64,000 nucleotides of DNA, taken from assembly GCA_020723345.1 (NCBI GenBank), contig DYJA01000014.1, positions 9,293 to 73,292 on the forward strand, written 5' to 3'. This DNA is from Candidatus Aquidulcis sp. (GTDB taxonomy: Bacteria; Chloroflexota; Anaerolineae; UBA4142). Position 1 is the first letter of the stretch; each line of letters opens with the position of its first letter. Below are positions 7,929 to 16,550 of this stretch, piece after piece. A program made the translations under genes and the position numbers. The notes beneath the pieces are model-generated. The model ran no database searches, was not told where the DNA came from, and was given only the letters and a program-made list of their open reading frames with translations.

Positions 7929-9167
7929 TTACACGCGCGCCGCCCAAATAATCTCCGGCTTGGCGCAATACTCCGCCGCGTCGTAGAAATCAGCCACGTT
8001 GACATTGCCCGCCGGCGCAGTCACAATTTCCAGCGGCACATCCACGTAATTTTCGCTTTGGCGATACGCGGCGAGTCTTCCGGTCTTGCCTTGCGCGAAC
8101 AGGCGCAGCGCGAGCATCGCGAAATTCATCGCGCCCAGCAAGTCCTGTCCGTCCGGTTCGCCGGTGCGAATCAAGTACGAAAGCGGTTGGAATAACATGC
8201 GCGCGCGCGCGATGTTTTCAAGGATCTCAGTCACCACCGCGCCGCTGCCGCCCACGCGCGAACCCAGGTCTTGCACCAATTCGAAAACAATCGAGTCCGG
8301 GGTCAGCCCCTGTCCGCCATGCTGCACCGCTTCGGCTAACAAGCGCGAATTCGCCAAGCGCGACAATTCGGGCAAGTACTTTGACACCTTATCCGGATCG
8401 AGCGCGGACGCCTCGCTCATCACGAGAATCGCATAATTTGCCGGGTTGCGCCGCTTGTCTTCGAGCAGCAATGCCACCAGCCGCTCCGGATCGAACGGGA
8501 CTTCCGGGACGAGCGTCCGATCCGCGCCCGCCAAGAACGAAATGAGCATCGTCGTCAAGCCGGTCGTGCGACCCAGCACTTCGATCACGGCGACTTCTTC
8601 GCGCGAGCCAGCCATCGCGCGCATCTCTTGCACGAAACGCACGCCGCGCGCGAGCGCGGTCGAAAAGCCGAGCGCGTAATCGCTGCCGTTCACGTCGTTG
8701 TGAACCGTTTTGGGAATGCCGATCACCGGCACGCCTGCCTTGTTCAAATGCGCGGCGTAATCCAACGCGCCGCGATCCCCCAGCACGATCAGCGCGTCCA
8801 GTCCAATCGCGCTTGCCGCGCGCTTGACCTGATCGGTCAAGTCGACCGGCTGGTCGCCTTGCTGGCGCGCGCGCAGGAAATTTGGAATACAGTCCGGCGC
8901 GCACGCGCGCGGATCGATGCGGCTCGAATGCAAGAACGCGCCCGCCATGCGATCGATATCGCGCACGCGCAGTTTGGTCAGCGGCATCGTGTTTTCGCCG
9001 TGGGTGGAAGGATCGTCCGGATCGTAATCGAGCAAACCTTCCCATCCTTTACGAATCCCGATGACTTCGTATCCTTGATCGAGCGCGCCGTACACAAGCG
9101 ATTTCAAACACATGTTTTGTCCCGGCGCATCGCCGCCGCCGGTCAGCAAGCCAATTCGTTTTGCCAT
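7929..9167 (-). CDS. phosphofructokinase-family (PfkA-like) protein with divergent active-site motifs
   Basis: Trimmed to MAKRIGLLTGGGDAPGQN... (ATG 9167, GAGG upstream). Clear PFK fold motifs, but GGDGS reads GDRGA and TIDND reads TVHND (see finding). Confidence 0.8.
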   Translation of the reverse strand: MAKRIGLLTGGGDAPGQNMCLKSLVYGALDQGYEVIGIRKGWEGLLDYDPDDPSTHGENTMPLTKLRVRDIDRMAGAFLHSSRIDPRACAPDCIPNFLRARQQGDQPVDLTDQVKRAASAIGLDALIVLGDRGALDYAAHLNKAGVPVIGIPKTVHNDVNGSDYALGFSTALARGVRFVQEMRAMAGSREEVAVIEVLGRTTGLTTMLISFLAGADRTLVPEVPFDPERLVALLLEDKRRNPANYAILVMSEASALDPDKVSKYLPELSRLANSRLLAEAVQHGGQGLTPDSIVFELVQDLGSRVGGSGAVVTEILENIARARMLFQPLSYLIRTGEPDGQDLLGAMNFAMLALRLFAQGKTGRLAAYRQSENYVDVPLEIVTAPAGNVNVADFYDAAEYCAKPEIIWAARV

Positions 9168-9182
9168 AATGATACCTCGTCC

Positions 9183-9262
9183 TGTCATTTCGAGGAGCAC
9201 TTTTTGCGACGAGAAATCTCGTCACCACAGCGTCGGGATTTCTCGCTCCGCTCGAAATGACA
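9183..9262. repeat. GTCATTTCGAG...GAGAAATC family long hairpin (full copy)
   Basis: tgtcatttcgaggagc...cgagaaatctcg...cgggatttctcgctccgctcgaaatgaca. Lies between the GNAT stop and the PFK-like start. Confidence 0.85.
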
Positions 9263-9271
9263 AGTGACATT

Positions 9272-9802
9272 TCAGCGCAAACTCAGCGCGAAGAAGAGCG
9301 CGATATCGCGGTTCGGATAGAGTTGATCGTTGAAACCACAAAAACTAAAGCCGTGCTTTTGATAAAGACAAATCGCGGGATGCGCCTTGGTCGACGTGTC
9401 GAGCAGCGCGACGCGTAATTTGTTTTGGCGTCCCCAGGCGAGCGCCGCGCGCAACAAACGCGAGCCAATCCCTTGCCGTCGGAACGCGAACGCCACCGCG
9501 AGATTATTGATCATCGCCGCCTGATTCCATTCACTAACAGTCAGGTCCGCGTATCCACAAATCTTGCCGTCCTCTTCCGCCACCAACAAAGTGCCGCCGT
9601 TCATAAAATTACGCGACATGTCATCCGGCGAAATCACGCCGGTCACTTTCATCAGACGCGGCAGACGCGTGAGATGCAAGCCGACCGCGATATCTCCATT
9701 GCCCGCGCGTTCTTCCATCTGCCAAACATATTCCGTCTCGAACGACGTGTCCAACGTCATGCACGTATTGAGATCGGCTAAAGCGCCGGGACGAATTTCC
9801 AT
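9272..9802 (-). CDS. GNAT-family N-acetyltransferase
   Basis: 176 aa. The stretch ...LAVAFAFRRQGIGSRLLRAALAWGR... is the acetyl-CoA binding motif (Q/RxxGxG/A). Confidence 0.85.
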   Translation of the reverse strand: MEIRPGALADLNTCMTLDTSFETEYVWQMEERAGNGDIAVGLHLTRLPRLMKVTGVISPDDMSRNFMNGGTLLVAEEDGKICGYADLTVSEWNQAAMINNLAVAFAFRRQGIGSRLLRAALAWGRQNKLRVALLDTSTKAHPAICLYQKHGFSFCGFNDQLYPNRDIALFFALSLR

Positions 9803-9811
9803 CTACTCCTC

Positions 9812-9839
9812 GTTGGGCAAATTTCCAAATTTGCCCTAC
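9812..9839. repeat. REP-like 28-nt palindrome, GGACAAATTT family (GGGCAAATTT variant)
   Basis: gttgggcaaatttccaaatttgccctac. Lies 10 nt upstream of the GNAT start. Both arms carry the A->G / T->C change. Confidence 0.85.
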
Positions 9840-9911
9840 CTAATACAGAAACAGGTACACAGGAGTACGCACCTGTGTACCTGCTGGACTTCGTTCAAGA
9901 GTCCTTTTGTT

Positions 9912-11012
9912 TTAGCAAATTGCCTGCTCAGTCTCCTTGTCGAAAACGTGGATGTGCTCAAGGTTAATTGCCACGTCCAATTTTTTGCCCGGGCGACCTT
10001 GGCTGCGCGGATCGACGCGCGCGATGAAGGAATGTTTGCCGCTCAACAAGAACAGGTAAATCTCACTCCCCATCGGCTCCATCACGTCCACCTGCGCGCC
10101 AATCACCGACGTGTTCATTTGACCGGGGATGTAATCGCGGTCATGAATGTCTTCGGGACGAATGCCCAGCGTGACGTCTCTGCCGATGTACTGCGCCAAT
10201 TTCTCGCGGCGATCAGCGGGCGCGGGAATCTGGAAACTTGCGGCGTCGATCTTCAAATCTTCGCGCGAACCCGTGACTTTGGCGTTGAAAAAGTTCATCG
10301 CGGGCGAGCCGATAAACCCGGCGACAAACTTGTTGGCGGGCAGATCGTACAATCGCTGCGGCGTGTCGAGTTGCTGCAACACGCCAAAGTTCATCACCGC
10401 GATGCGCGTGCCCATCGTCATCGCTTCGGTTTGATCGTGCGTGACGTAGATGAACGTCGTTTCCAAACGTTGGTGCAGTTTGGAGATTTCGGTGCGCGTC
10501 TGCACGCGCAGTTTCGCGTCGAGGTTGGACAGCGGCTCGTCCATCAAGAACACTTTCGGCTCGCGGACAATCGCGCGACCGAGCGCGACGCGCTGGCGTT
10601 GACCGCCGGAGAGTTGCTTCGGCTTGCGCTGCAACAATTCGCCGATGCCGAGAATGCTCGCCGCTTCCTTGACGCGACGGTCGATTTCGGTCTTGGGCGT
10701 TTTGCGGAGGCGCAGACCGAACGCCATGTTGTCGTACACGCTCATGTGGGGGTACAACGCGTACGACTGGAACACCATCGCAATGTCGCGATCTTTCGGC
10801 GCAACATCGTTGACGACGCGGTCGCCAATCCGGATGTTCCCGGCTGAAATTTCTTCCAAGCCCGCCAAGAGACGCAATGCCGTCGTCTTGCCGCAACCGG
10901 AAGGACCGACGAGGACAAGAAATTCCTTGTCCTTGATGTCAAGGTTCAGATCGTTGACCGCCTTGACATCGCCGAACTGCTTGGTCACACTTTCATACGT
11001 GACGCTTGCCAT
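9912..11012 (-). CDS. sugar ABC transporter ATP-binding protein (MalK/UgpC/MsmX-like), no adjacent permease
   Basis: Trimmed to MASVTYESVTKQFGDVKAV... (ATG 11012, AGGAG upstream). GPSGCGKTT, LSGGQRQR, FLMDEPLSNLD and a C-terminal TOBE-like domain. Confidence 0.95.
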   Translation of the reverse strand: MASVTYESVTKQFGDVKAVNDLNLDIKDKEFLVLVGPSGCGKTTALRLLAGLEEISAGNIRIGDRVVNDVAPKDRDIAMVFQSYALYPHMSVYDNMAFGLRLRKTPKTEIDRRVKEAASILGIGELLQRKPKQLSGGQRQRVALGRAIVREPKVFLMDEPLSNLDAKLRVQTRTEISKLHQRLETTFIYVTHDQTEAMTMGTRIAVMNFGVLQQLDTPQRLYDLPANKFVAGFIGSPAMNFFNAKVTGSREDLKIDAASFQIPAPADRREKLAQYIGRDVTLGIRPEDIHDRDYIPGQMNTSVIGAQVDVMEPMGSEIYLFLLSGKHSFIARVDPRSQGRPGKKLDVAINLEHIHVFDKETEQAIC

Positions 11013-11275
11013 ACTATCTCCTTTGAACGAAAAGAGGTATTTTACCCCGTCGCGCCAGCCATTCATCAAACGATCATCTGATAGTGCAAGCGTGATCGCG
11101 CATCTCCGAATCGTCTACATAGAGACGCGCGGTCGCGCCCACGATGACGCGCTTGAGTTGTGAACGAACCGGTGAAACGGAATAATCCAAATCGCACATC
11201 GACGTGCGCCGGTTGCGGAGAGGATTACTCTATCTACCCATAGTATAACAGCAACTTGGGATTTTTGCAAAATTG

Positions 11276-12517
11276 CTATCGCCCGCCCAATACCTGCTTG
11301 ATCGTTTCCCAACAGCCCGGTCCCGGCGGTGGTGGCGTCGGCGTTGGCGGCTGCGGCTCCTGCCCCAGTGCGGCTTGGTACGCGGCATACGCCTGCGCGC
11401 GCCCTTTGCCTTGTGTGTTTGCATCCAAACCCAGGTTTTTCGCGGTGTTCATCAACAAATCTTTGATTTGCTGCGGCGATAATCCGGGCTTGGCTTGCAA
11501 CAACAGCGCGCACGTTCCCGCCGCGTGCGGCGTCGCCATCGACGTGCCGGACGCGCTCGTGTACAACTGATTGACCGGCGTCCCCATCGACGTACCGGAG
11601 GCGCGACACGCGACGATGCTCGCGCCGGGGAAACAGACGTCGGGCTTGACGCGCCCGTCGCTCGTCGGTCCGCGCGATGAAAAACTCGCGACGGAATCGG
11701 ATTTCGTCGTCGCGCCGATCGTGATGACCATTTTCGCGCAGCCCGGCGATCCGACCGTGGACGCGCCCGGTCCCGCGTTGCCCGCCGCGATACACATCAC
11801 GACGCCTTTGCCGGTCGCCGTGTCGCACAAAACCGACAGCGCGTCGGTGCCGTCGCACGCGCCATCGCTGCCAAGCGACAGGTTGATCACTTGCGCGCCC
11901 TGCTGCACCGCCCATTCGACGCCCGCCATCACATCGCTTGTGCTACCGGAGCCATCGCCGCGCAAAACTTTGGCAGCGTAGAATAAACATTCCGGCGCGA
12001 CGCCGCGATACTTGCCGTCGCTCCCCGCGCCCGTGCCGCCGACGATTCCCGCGACGTGCGTTCCGTGTCCATGATTGTCGGCGGGACCTTGCCCGGTGAA
12101 ATCCTTCATCTGCGCGATGCGATTCGCGAAATCGGGATGATTCGGATCGATGCCCGTGTCCACAATCGCGACTTTGATGTCCTTGCCGGTAATGCTCGCC
12201 GCCCAAACTTGCGGCACCCCAATCAACGGTACCGACGCGTCGAGCATCGTGTGGACCGGCTCGTCGTACCAGATCATTTCGACTTCGTCGCGATCACTCA
12301 ACATGTTGATCGCGTTCGGCAGCGCGCTGTGCGCGCTCGCGGCAATCAGGCGGTACGTCCGATGCGTCGCGATCAACCCGTCGATCACTCCCGCTACGCC
12401 GACCGCGCCGGCGCGATACTGAACGATGACGCGCAGCGGCTCCGGCGCGGCAAGCGCGCGCGCCTGAACTTGCATTCGCTCGACGAGGTTCGGATGAATC
12501 TTGGTTGGGTTTGGCAT
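11276..12517 (-). CDS. S8-family (subtilisin-like) serine peptidase with N-terminal I9-like propeptide
   Basis: Trimmed to MPNPTKIHPN... (ATG 12517, GGAGGAG upstream). Catalytic motifs DTGID, HGTHVAG, GTSMATPH. Pro-rich C-terminus. Confidence 0.9.
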   Translation of the reverse strand: MPNPTKIHPNLVERMQVQARALAAPEPLRVIVQYRAGAVGVAGVIDGLIATHRTYRLIAASAHSALPNAINMLSDRDEVEMIWYDEPVHTMLDASVPLIGVPQVWAASITGKDIKVAIVDTGIDPNHPDFANRIAQMKDFTGQGPADNHGHGTHVAGIVGGTGAGSDGKYRGVAPECLFYAAKVLRGDGSGSTSDVMAGVEWAVQQGAQVINLSLGSDGACDGTDALSVLCDTATGKGVVMCIAAGNAGPGASTVGSPGCAKMVITIGATTKSDSVASFSSRGPTSDGRVKPDVCFPGASIVACRASGTSMGTPVNQLYTSASGTSMATPHAAGTCALLLQAKPGLSPQQIKDLLMNTAKNLGLDANTQGKGRAQAYAAYQAALGQEPQPPTPTPPPPGPGCWETIKQVLGGR

Positions 12518-12534
12518 TTGCTCCTCCAAAAGGC

Positions 12535-12599
12535 AAGGGCGAAGCATTTGCAGAAATCGGACGATACTTTTCTCATCCACTTGCAAATGCTTCGCCCTT
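12535..12599 (-). promoter_or_regulatory. 18-bp perfect-stem hairpin filling the I9-gene / protease-gene spacer
   Basis: aagggcgaagcatttgca (12535-12552) and tgcaaatgcttcgccctt (12582-12599). Starts 1 nt after the I9-like stop and ends at the protease SD. Confidence 0.6.
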
Positions 12600-12600
12600 A

Positions 12601-12855
12601 CTACATCGTATGCACCGGTTTATCTTCTTCGACCGATAGAACCCAGGGCTTGTCCACCAGCGTCAAAGACGCCGCCGCCGTACCTTGAATCGCCATACCT
12701 GGGACGAGAGAGTACGTGTGGCGCACGGTCAACCCAAGCGCGCGCACATCCGCAAGCCGCGCGTCCGGCGCGTCGTTCAATCGAACGATCAAATTGACTA
12801 CCGCGTCCGGCGCGCTTTCAAGTTTCGACTTTAACTCCGGCTGGATTTTCGCCAT
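12601..12855 (-). CDS. stand-alone subtilisin-propeptide (inhibitor I9)-like protein
   Basis: Trimmed to MAKIQPELKSKLESAPDAVVNLIVRLND...LSVEEDKPVHTM. It parallels the propeptide of the downstream protease (...IWYDEPVHTML). 84 aa. Confidence 0.6.
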   Translation of the reverse strand: MAKIQPELKSKLESAPDAVVNLIVRLNDAPDARLADVRALGLTVRHTYSLVPGMAIQGTAAASLTLVDKPWVLSVEEDKPVHTM

Positions 12856-12944
12856 CGTTCGCCATTCCTTTCTAGAACGACGCCGGTATCTTAGCATAAA
12901 TTCCCGGACAACGCAATACCTCTACGCGCGTCAACTCAGCGCCG

Positions 12945-12975
12945 ATTCGTTTATTCGTTCAGATTCGTTGACACC
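12945..12975. repeat. ATTCGTTTATTCGTTC-N3-ATTCGTTGACACC repeat, intergenic copy
   Basis: attcgtttattcgttcagattcgttgacacc. Near-identical to 38646-38677. Confidence 0.8.
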
Positions 12976-12977
12976 AT

Positions 12978-13006
12978 TTGCCAAGAATTTGCGTCCAGAG
13001 TATAAT
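12978..13006 (+). promoter_or_regulatory. sigma-70-type promoter for the lipoprotein gene
   Basis: TTGCCA (12978-12983), 17-nt spacer, TATAAT (13001-13006). Confidence 0.6.
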
Positions 13007-13037
13007 GACGCTCGATGCTCGGAAAGGAGTTGTCCAG

Positions 13038-13709
13038 TTGGAACGAAAACGCGTTTTGATCGTTGGCGCGATTCTCATCGTCGTTGCAGCTTTGCTCGCG
13101 TGCGATACGGGGACCTTCACCGCTTTTCTCGATCCCGGGACGGCGACACCCACCCGAACCCCGCGCCCCACGTTTACGCCGCGCGCGACCGCCACGCCTG
13201 AAAGTTCGCCCACACCCGAAGTCACGCCGACCACCCCGGCATCTCCGACCCTGACTCCGCGCCCGACGCTGCGCCCCGCCACCAAAGCACCGGTGGTACC
13301 AACCGCCGTCCCCAAACCGCAATTTTCCTGGCGGCGCGCCACCGATAACATAGGTTCGCAAGGATTGTGTTCTCAGAACGATGGCGTCTATGAAATCAAA
13401 GGGCGCATCAAACAGAACAATGACTATGCGGGTGGGATTCACGTCGTCGCGCTGGACAGCACCGGCAAAATGATCGCCCAGATGGATTCGCTGAACAAAG
13501 AGCAGATGAATTTGGAATGGGGCGTCAACTGTCGCGAAGAAAAAAATCTTTTCAATTATCAACTCGATGTGACGGCAGGACGAATGAACCAGCCCTATAT
13601 CGTTCGCATTACGCGTGGTGCCAACGATCTAACACCGCTTTCCGACAACGTTTCAATCCAATTCGAATCCAGTGGCGGTCGTTTTTATCTCGATTGGACT
13701 TCGCCATAA
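13038..13709 (+). CDS. putative lipoprotein with Pro/Thr-rich linker and C-terminal globular domain
   Basis: The track ORF starts at 12978, inside the predicted -35 element (12978-12983) and upstream of the predicted TSS (~13013). TTG at 13038 lies 8 nt after AAGGAG. The signal-like ERKRVLIVGAILIVVAALLAC ends in a lipobox-like LLAC. A ~60-residue P/T/A-rich segment follows. Confidence 0.6.
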   Translation: MERKRVLIVGAILIVVAALLACDTGTFTAFLDPGTATPTRTPRPTFTPRATATPESSPTPEVTPTTPASPTLTPRPTLRPATKAPVVPTAVPKPQFSWRRATDNIGSQGLCSQNDGVYEIKGRIKQNNDYAGGIHVVALDSTGKMIAQMDSLNKEQMNLEWGVNCREEKNLFNYQLDVTAGRMNQPYIVRITRGANDLTPLSDNVSIQFESSGGRFYLDWTSP

Positions 13710-13715
13710 TCACCA

Positions 13716-13746
13716 AGCCGAGCCACGCGCTCGGCTCTTTCTTTTT
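13716..13746 (+). terminator. Rho-independent terminator after the lipoprotein gene
   Basis: agccgagc cacgc gctcggct followed by ctttcttttt. Confidence 0.7.
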
Positions 13747-13754
13747 GCGACGAC

Positions 13755-16550
13755 ATGAAACACTGGCATTCGTACCTCCTGCTCGCAAGCATCACGTTCT
13801 TCGCGTTCGCGCTGCGCGTGTTCCGCCTCGATTTTCAGCCGCTCTGGTGGGACGAGGGCTATAGCATTTTCTTCGCGACACGCGATTTTGCGACGATGCT
13901 CGAACGTACCGCCGTAGACATTCATCCACCGCTTTACTACGCGCTTTTGCAACTCTGGATGATCGTCGCGGGCAAAAGCGACATTGCCGCGCGGCTGCTC
14001 TCCGCCGTCATCGCCGTCGCGACAATTCCGTTGCTGTACGCGCTCGCGCGTGAATTACGCCCTCCCCTGTCAAAAACGGGGGAGGGTTGGGGTGGGGGTC
14101 ACCGCGTCGCGTTTCTCGCCGCGCTCTTGCTCGCGCTCTCGCCATTCCACATTTATTATTCGCAGGAAGTGCGGATGTACGGACTCGTGACGCTGCTTGG
14201 ACTCGCATCCGTGTACCTTTTCGCGCGAGTACTGCAAATGCCAGCCGGTACGCGCGCGAGTACCCTCATCGCAGGCGCGTACATTCTCGTGACGACTGCC
14301 GCGCTGTACACACAGTACTACGCCGCGTTCATCGTCGCGTTCCAAGTACTTTACGTTTTGATCGTCTATCGCGCGCGACTCGCACCGCTGATCCGCGCGT
14401 CGCTCAAATTCGATTTGCGCGCGCTGTGGAACAATCCGTTCGCGCACTGGCTCGGCGCGTGGTGCGCCATCGCGCTGCTCTATCTGCCCTGGATCATTTA
14501 CGCGGGACCCAAACTGTACGCTTATGTAACCTCAAAAATCGCGATTGAAAAATATTCGCCGCTCGATCCGATCACATTTATCGCGCAGCATCTCGCCGCG
14601 TTTTCCGTCGGACACTTGACCGCGTTCACGTGGCTCGCATGGGCGAGTGTCGCGATGATTGCGTTGGCGGTAATAGGCAGTATCCAAGTAGGCAAGGAAA
14701 CACGTAGACAAGGAAACAAGTCGCCCATCCACTTGTCTACTTGTCTACTTGTCTACCTGTCTGCCTGCGTCCCCCTCGCGCTCGGCTACCTCGTCAACCT
14801 GTTCTACCCGTTCCACCCCGTTCACGGCGAACGATTGCTGTTATTTGCCGCGCCCGCTTTCTATTTGCTGACCGCACTCGGCGTCAACGCGCTGTGGGAG
14901 CGTCGCGCGATTTTTGGCGCGCTTGCCGTGATCGTCGCCGCGATGATCTCTGCGTTTTCGCTTGCCGATTTCTACCACATTCCGCGCTATCCCAAAGACG
15001 ATTACCGCCCGCTCATCGCCGAAATGCGGACGCTCGCGCGACCCGGCGATACTTTCCTCGCGATCTATCCGTGGCAAATCGGTTATCTCGAAACGTACTA
15101 TCGCGGCGCGGCGCTCAGCATTGTCGAAACGCCGAACGACGCGTGGATCAAGAATCCCGCGCAGATGCAACGCGCGCTCGACGCGTACCGCGATCGGAAC
15201 GCGCGCGTCTGGCTGCCCGCGCTGCAAACCCAGGGACGCTTGCTCGAAGATGCGCTCGACAAATATTTGCGCGAACACGCGTACTCGGTCGTTGATAATT
15301 GGTACGGCACGACGCGGCTCGAATTGTTTGCGTTTGGGGACGATCCGCCGCTGCCGCGCGCGCCGCGCAACATCGTGTTCGAGGACAATACGACACTCGG
15401 CGACATTGGAATATCGCGCGAACCCGTCGCCGCCGGACAAGACATCGTACGAATTCGATTCGTCGGCGCAACGCGCGCGCCCACCAACGCGAGTTTCCGC
15501 TTGCTCGACAAAAATGGAAATACGTGGGCGCAGAGCGACCGCGAGATCGCGCGCGATTTGCAACGCATCGGCTTGGCGATTCCGCTTGGCACGCCACCCG
15601 GCGAGTACGATCTGCGCGTGACCGCGTACCGCGCCAACGACGGGTCGCGATTGCGCGTCAAAGATACAACGCAAGCAAGCGCGTCGCTGGCGACAATCCA
15701 AGTTGTCGCGCCCGCGCAACCCAATCATGCCGCGCTGCCGCATCGCACGCAAATTGATTTCAACAACGGTATCCGGCTTGTCGGCTACGACGCGCCGCCG
15801 ACGATTCGCCCCGGCATGCCCGCGCCGATCGCGCTGTTTTGGCAAACGACGCGCGCGCTCGACAGAGAGTACGCGGTTGTCCTGCAAATCCAGGATGCGC
15901 GCGGCAACGTTTTCGCGACGACGCAAGCCGCGCCCGCGCGCGGCATCTACCCGACGACGCGCTGGCAGCCCGGCGCAATCGCGCGCGATCCACAAACGAT
16001 CACGTTGCGCGGCGACGCGCCCGACGGCGAGTATCGCATCGTCGTCGCGCTGGTTGATGCGACGACCGGTGCGCGCACGTCGGCGCGTGAGATCGGATCC
16101 ATCATCGCGCAAGGACGCGCGCACTATTTCGGCGCGCCGGCGCCGTCGAACAAATTCGACGCGCGGTTTGACGACATCGCGCGATTGATCGGCTACGATG
16201 TTCAGACGGATCAACGCGCGGTTCGAGTCGTTTTGTATTGGCAGGCGCTCGCGACGCGCGAAACATCGTACACCGTTTTCGTTCACGTTGTCGACGCGAA
16301 CGGCGCCACACGCGCGCAAGGCGATCAAATTCCCGGCGTAGGCGCGTATCCGACGACGACCTGGGTCAAAGGCGAATATCTCGTCGACGTGTACGACATT
16401 TCGGTTCCGCGCGACGCGCCGCCGGGCGAGTACTCAATTCAAATTGGAATGTATGACGCGGCGACCGGCGCGCGCTTGCCTGCTTTCAATGAAAACAATC
16501 AAGCGGTTGGCGATTATATTCAATTGTCTACGCGAATCACGGTGCGATAA
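13755..16550 (+). CDS. glycosyltransferase family 39 (ArnT/PMT-like) membrane protein with large C-terminal extracytoplasmic domain
   Basis: 931 aa. The N-terminal ...FRLDFQPLWWDEGYSIFFA...DIHPPLYY... is typical of GT39/PMT_2, with many TM helices. Contains two palindromic repeat insertions (see findings). Confidence 0.85.
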   Translation: MKHWHSYLLLASITFFAFALRVFRLDFQPLWWDEGYSIFFATRDFATMLERTAVDIHPPLYYALLQLWMIVAGKSDIAARLLSAVIAVATIPLLYALARELRPPLSKTGEGWGGGHRVAFLAALLLALSPFHIYYSQEVRMYGLVTLLGLASVYLFARVLQMPAGTRASTLIAGAYILVTTAALYTQYYAAFIVAFQVLYVLIVYRARLAPLIRASLKFDLRALWNNPFAHWLGAWCAIALLYLPWIIYAGPKLYAYVTSKIAIEKYSPLDPITFIAQHLAAFSVGHLTAFTWLAWASVAMIALAVIGSIQVGKETRRQGNKSPIHLSTCLLVYLSACVPLALGYLVNLFYPFHPVHGERLLLFAAPAFYLLTALGVNALWERRAIFGALAVIVAAMISAFSLADFYHIPRYPKDDYRPLIAEMRTLARPGDTFLAIYPWQIGYLETYYRGAALSIVETPNDAWIKNPAQMQRALDAYRDRNARVWLPALQTQGRLLEDALDKYLREHAYSVVDNWYGTTRLELFAFGDDPPLPRAPRNIVFEDNTTLGDIGISREPVAAGQDIVRIRFVGATRAPTNASFRLLDKNGNTWAQSDREIARDLQRIGLAIPLGTPPGEYDLRVTAYRANDGSRLRVKDTTQASASLATIQVVAPAQPNHAALPHRTQIDFNNGIRLVGYDAPPTIRPGMPAPIALFWQTTRALDREYAVVLQIQDARGNVFATTQAAPARGIYPTTRWQPGAIARDPQTITLRGDAPDGEYRIVVALVDATTGARTSAREIGSIIAQGRAHYFGAPAPSNKFDARFDDIARLIGYDVQTDQRAVRVVLYWQALATRETSYTVFVHVVDANGATRAQGDQIPGVGAYPTTTWVKGEYLVDVYDISVPRDAPPGEYSIQIGMYDAATGARLPAFNENNQAVGDYIQLSTRITVR
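14059..14085. repeat. small GC palindrome inside the GT39 CDS (CCCTCCCC-N-GGGGAGGG followed by GGTTGGGGTGGGGG)
   Basis: ccctcccctgtcaaaaacgggggaggg, read in frame as PPLSKTGEGWGGG. Confidence 0.6.
14689..14768. repeat. short-period (8 nt, CTTGTCTA) palindromic array inside the GT39 CDS
   Basis: gtaggcaaggaaacacgtagacaaggaaacaag...cttgtcta cttgtcta cttgtcta cctgtctg cctg, read in frame as GKETRRQGNKSPIHLSTCLLVYLSACV. Confidence 0.8.

Noticed and set aside
12978-13037. Track start of the lipoprotein ORF at 12978
   Set aside because: It coincides with the predicted -35 box and lies upstream of the predicted transcription start. TTG 13038 has a well-spaced AAGGAG and begins the signal peptide.
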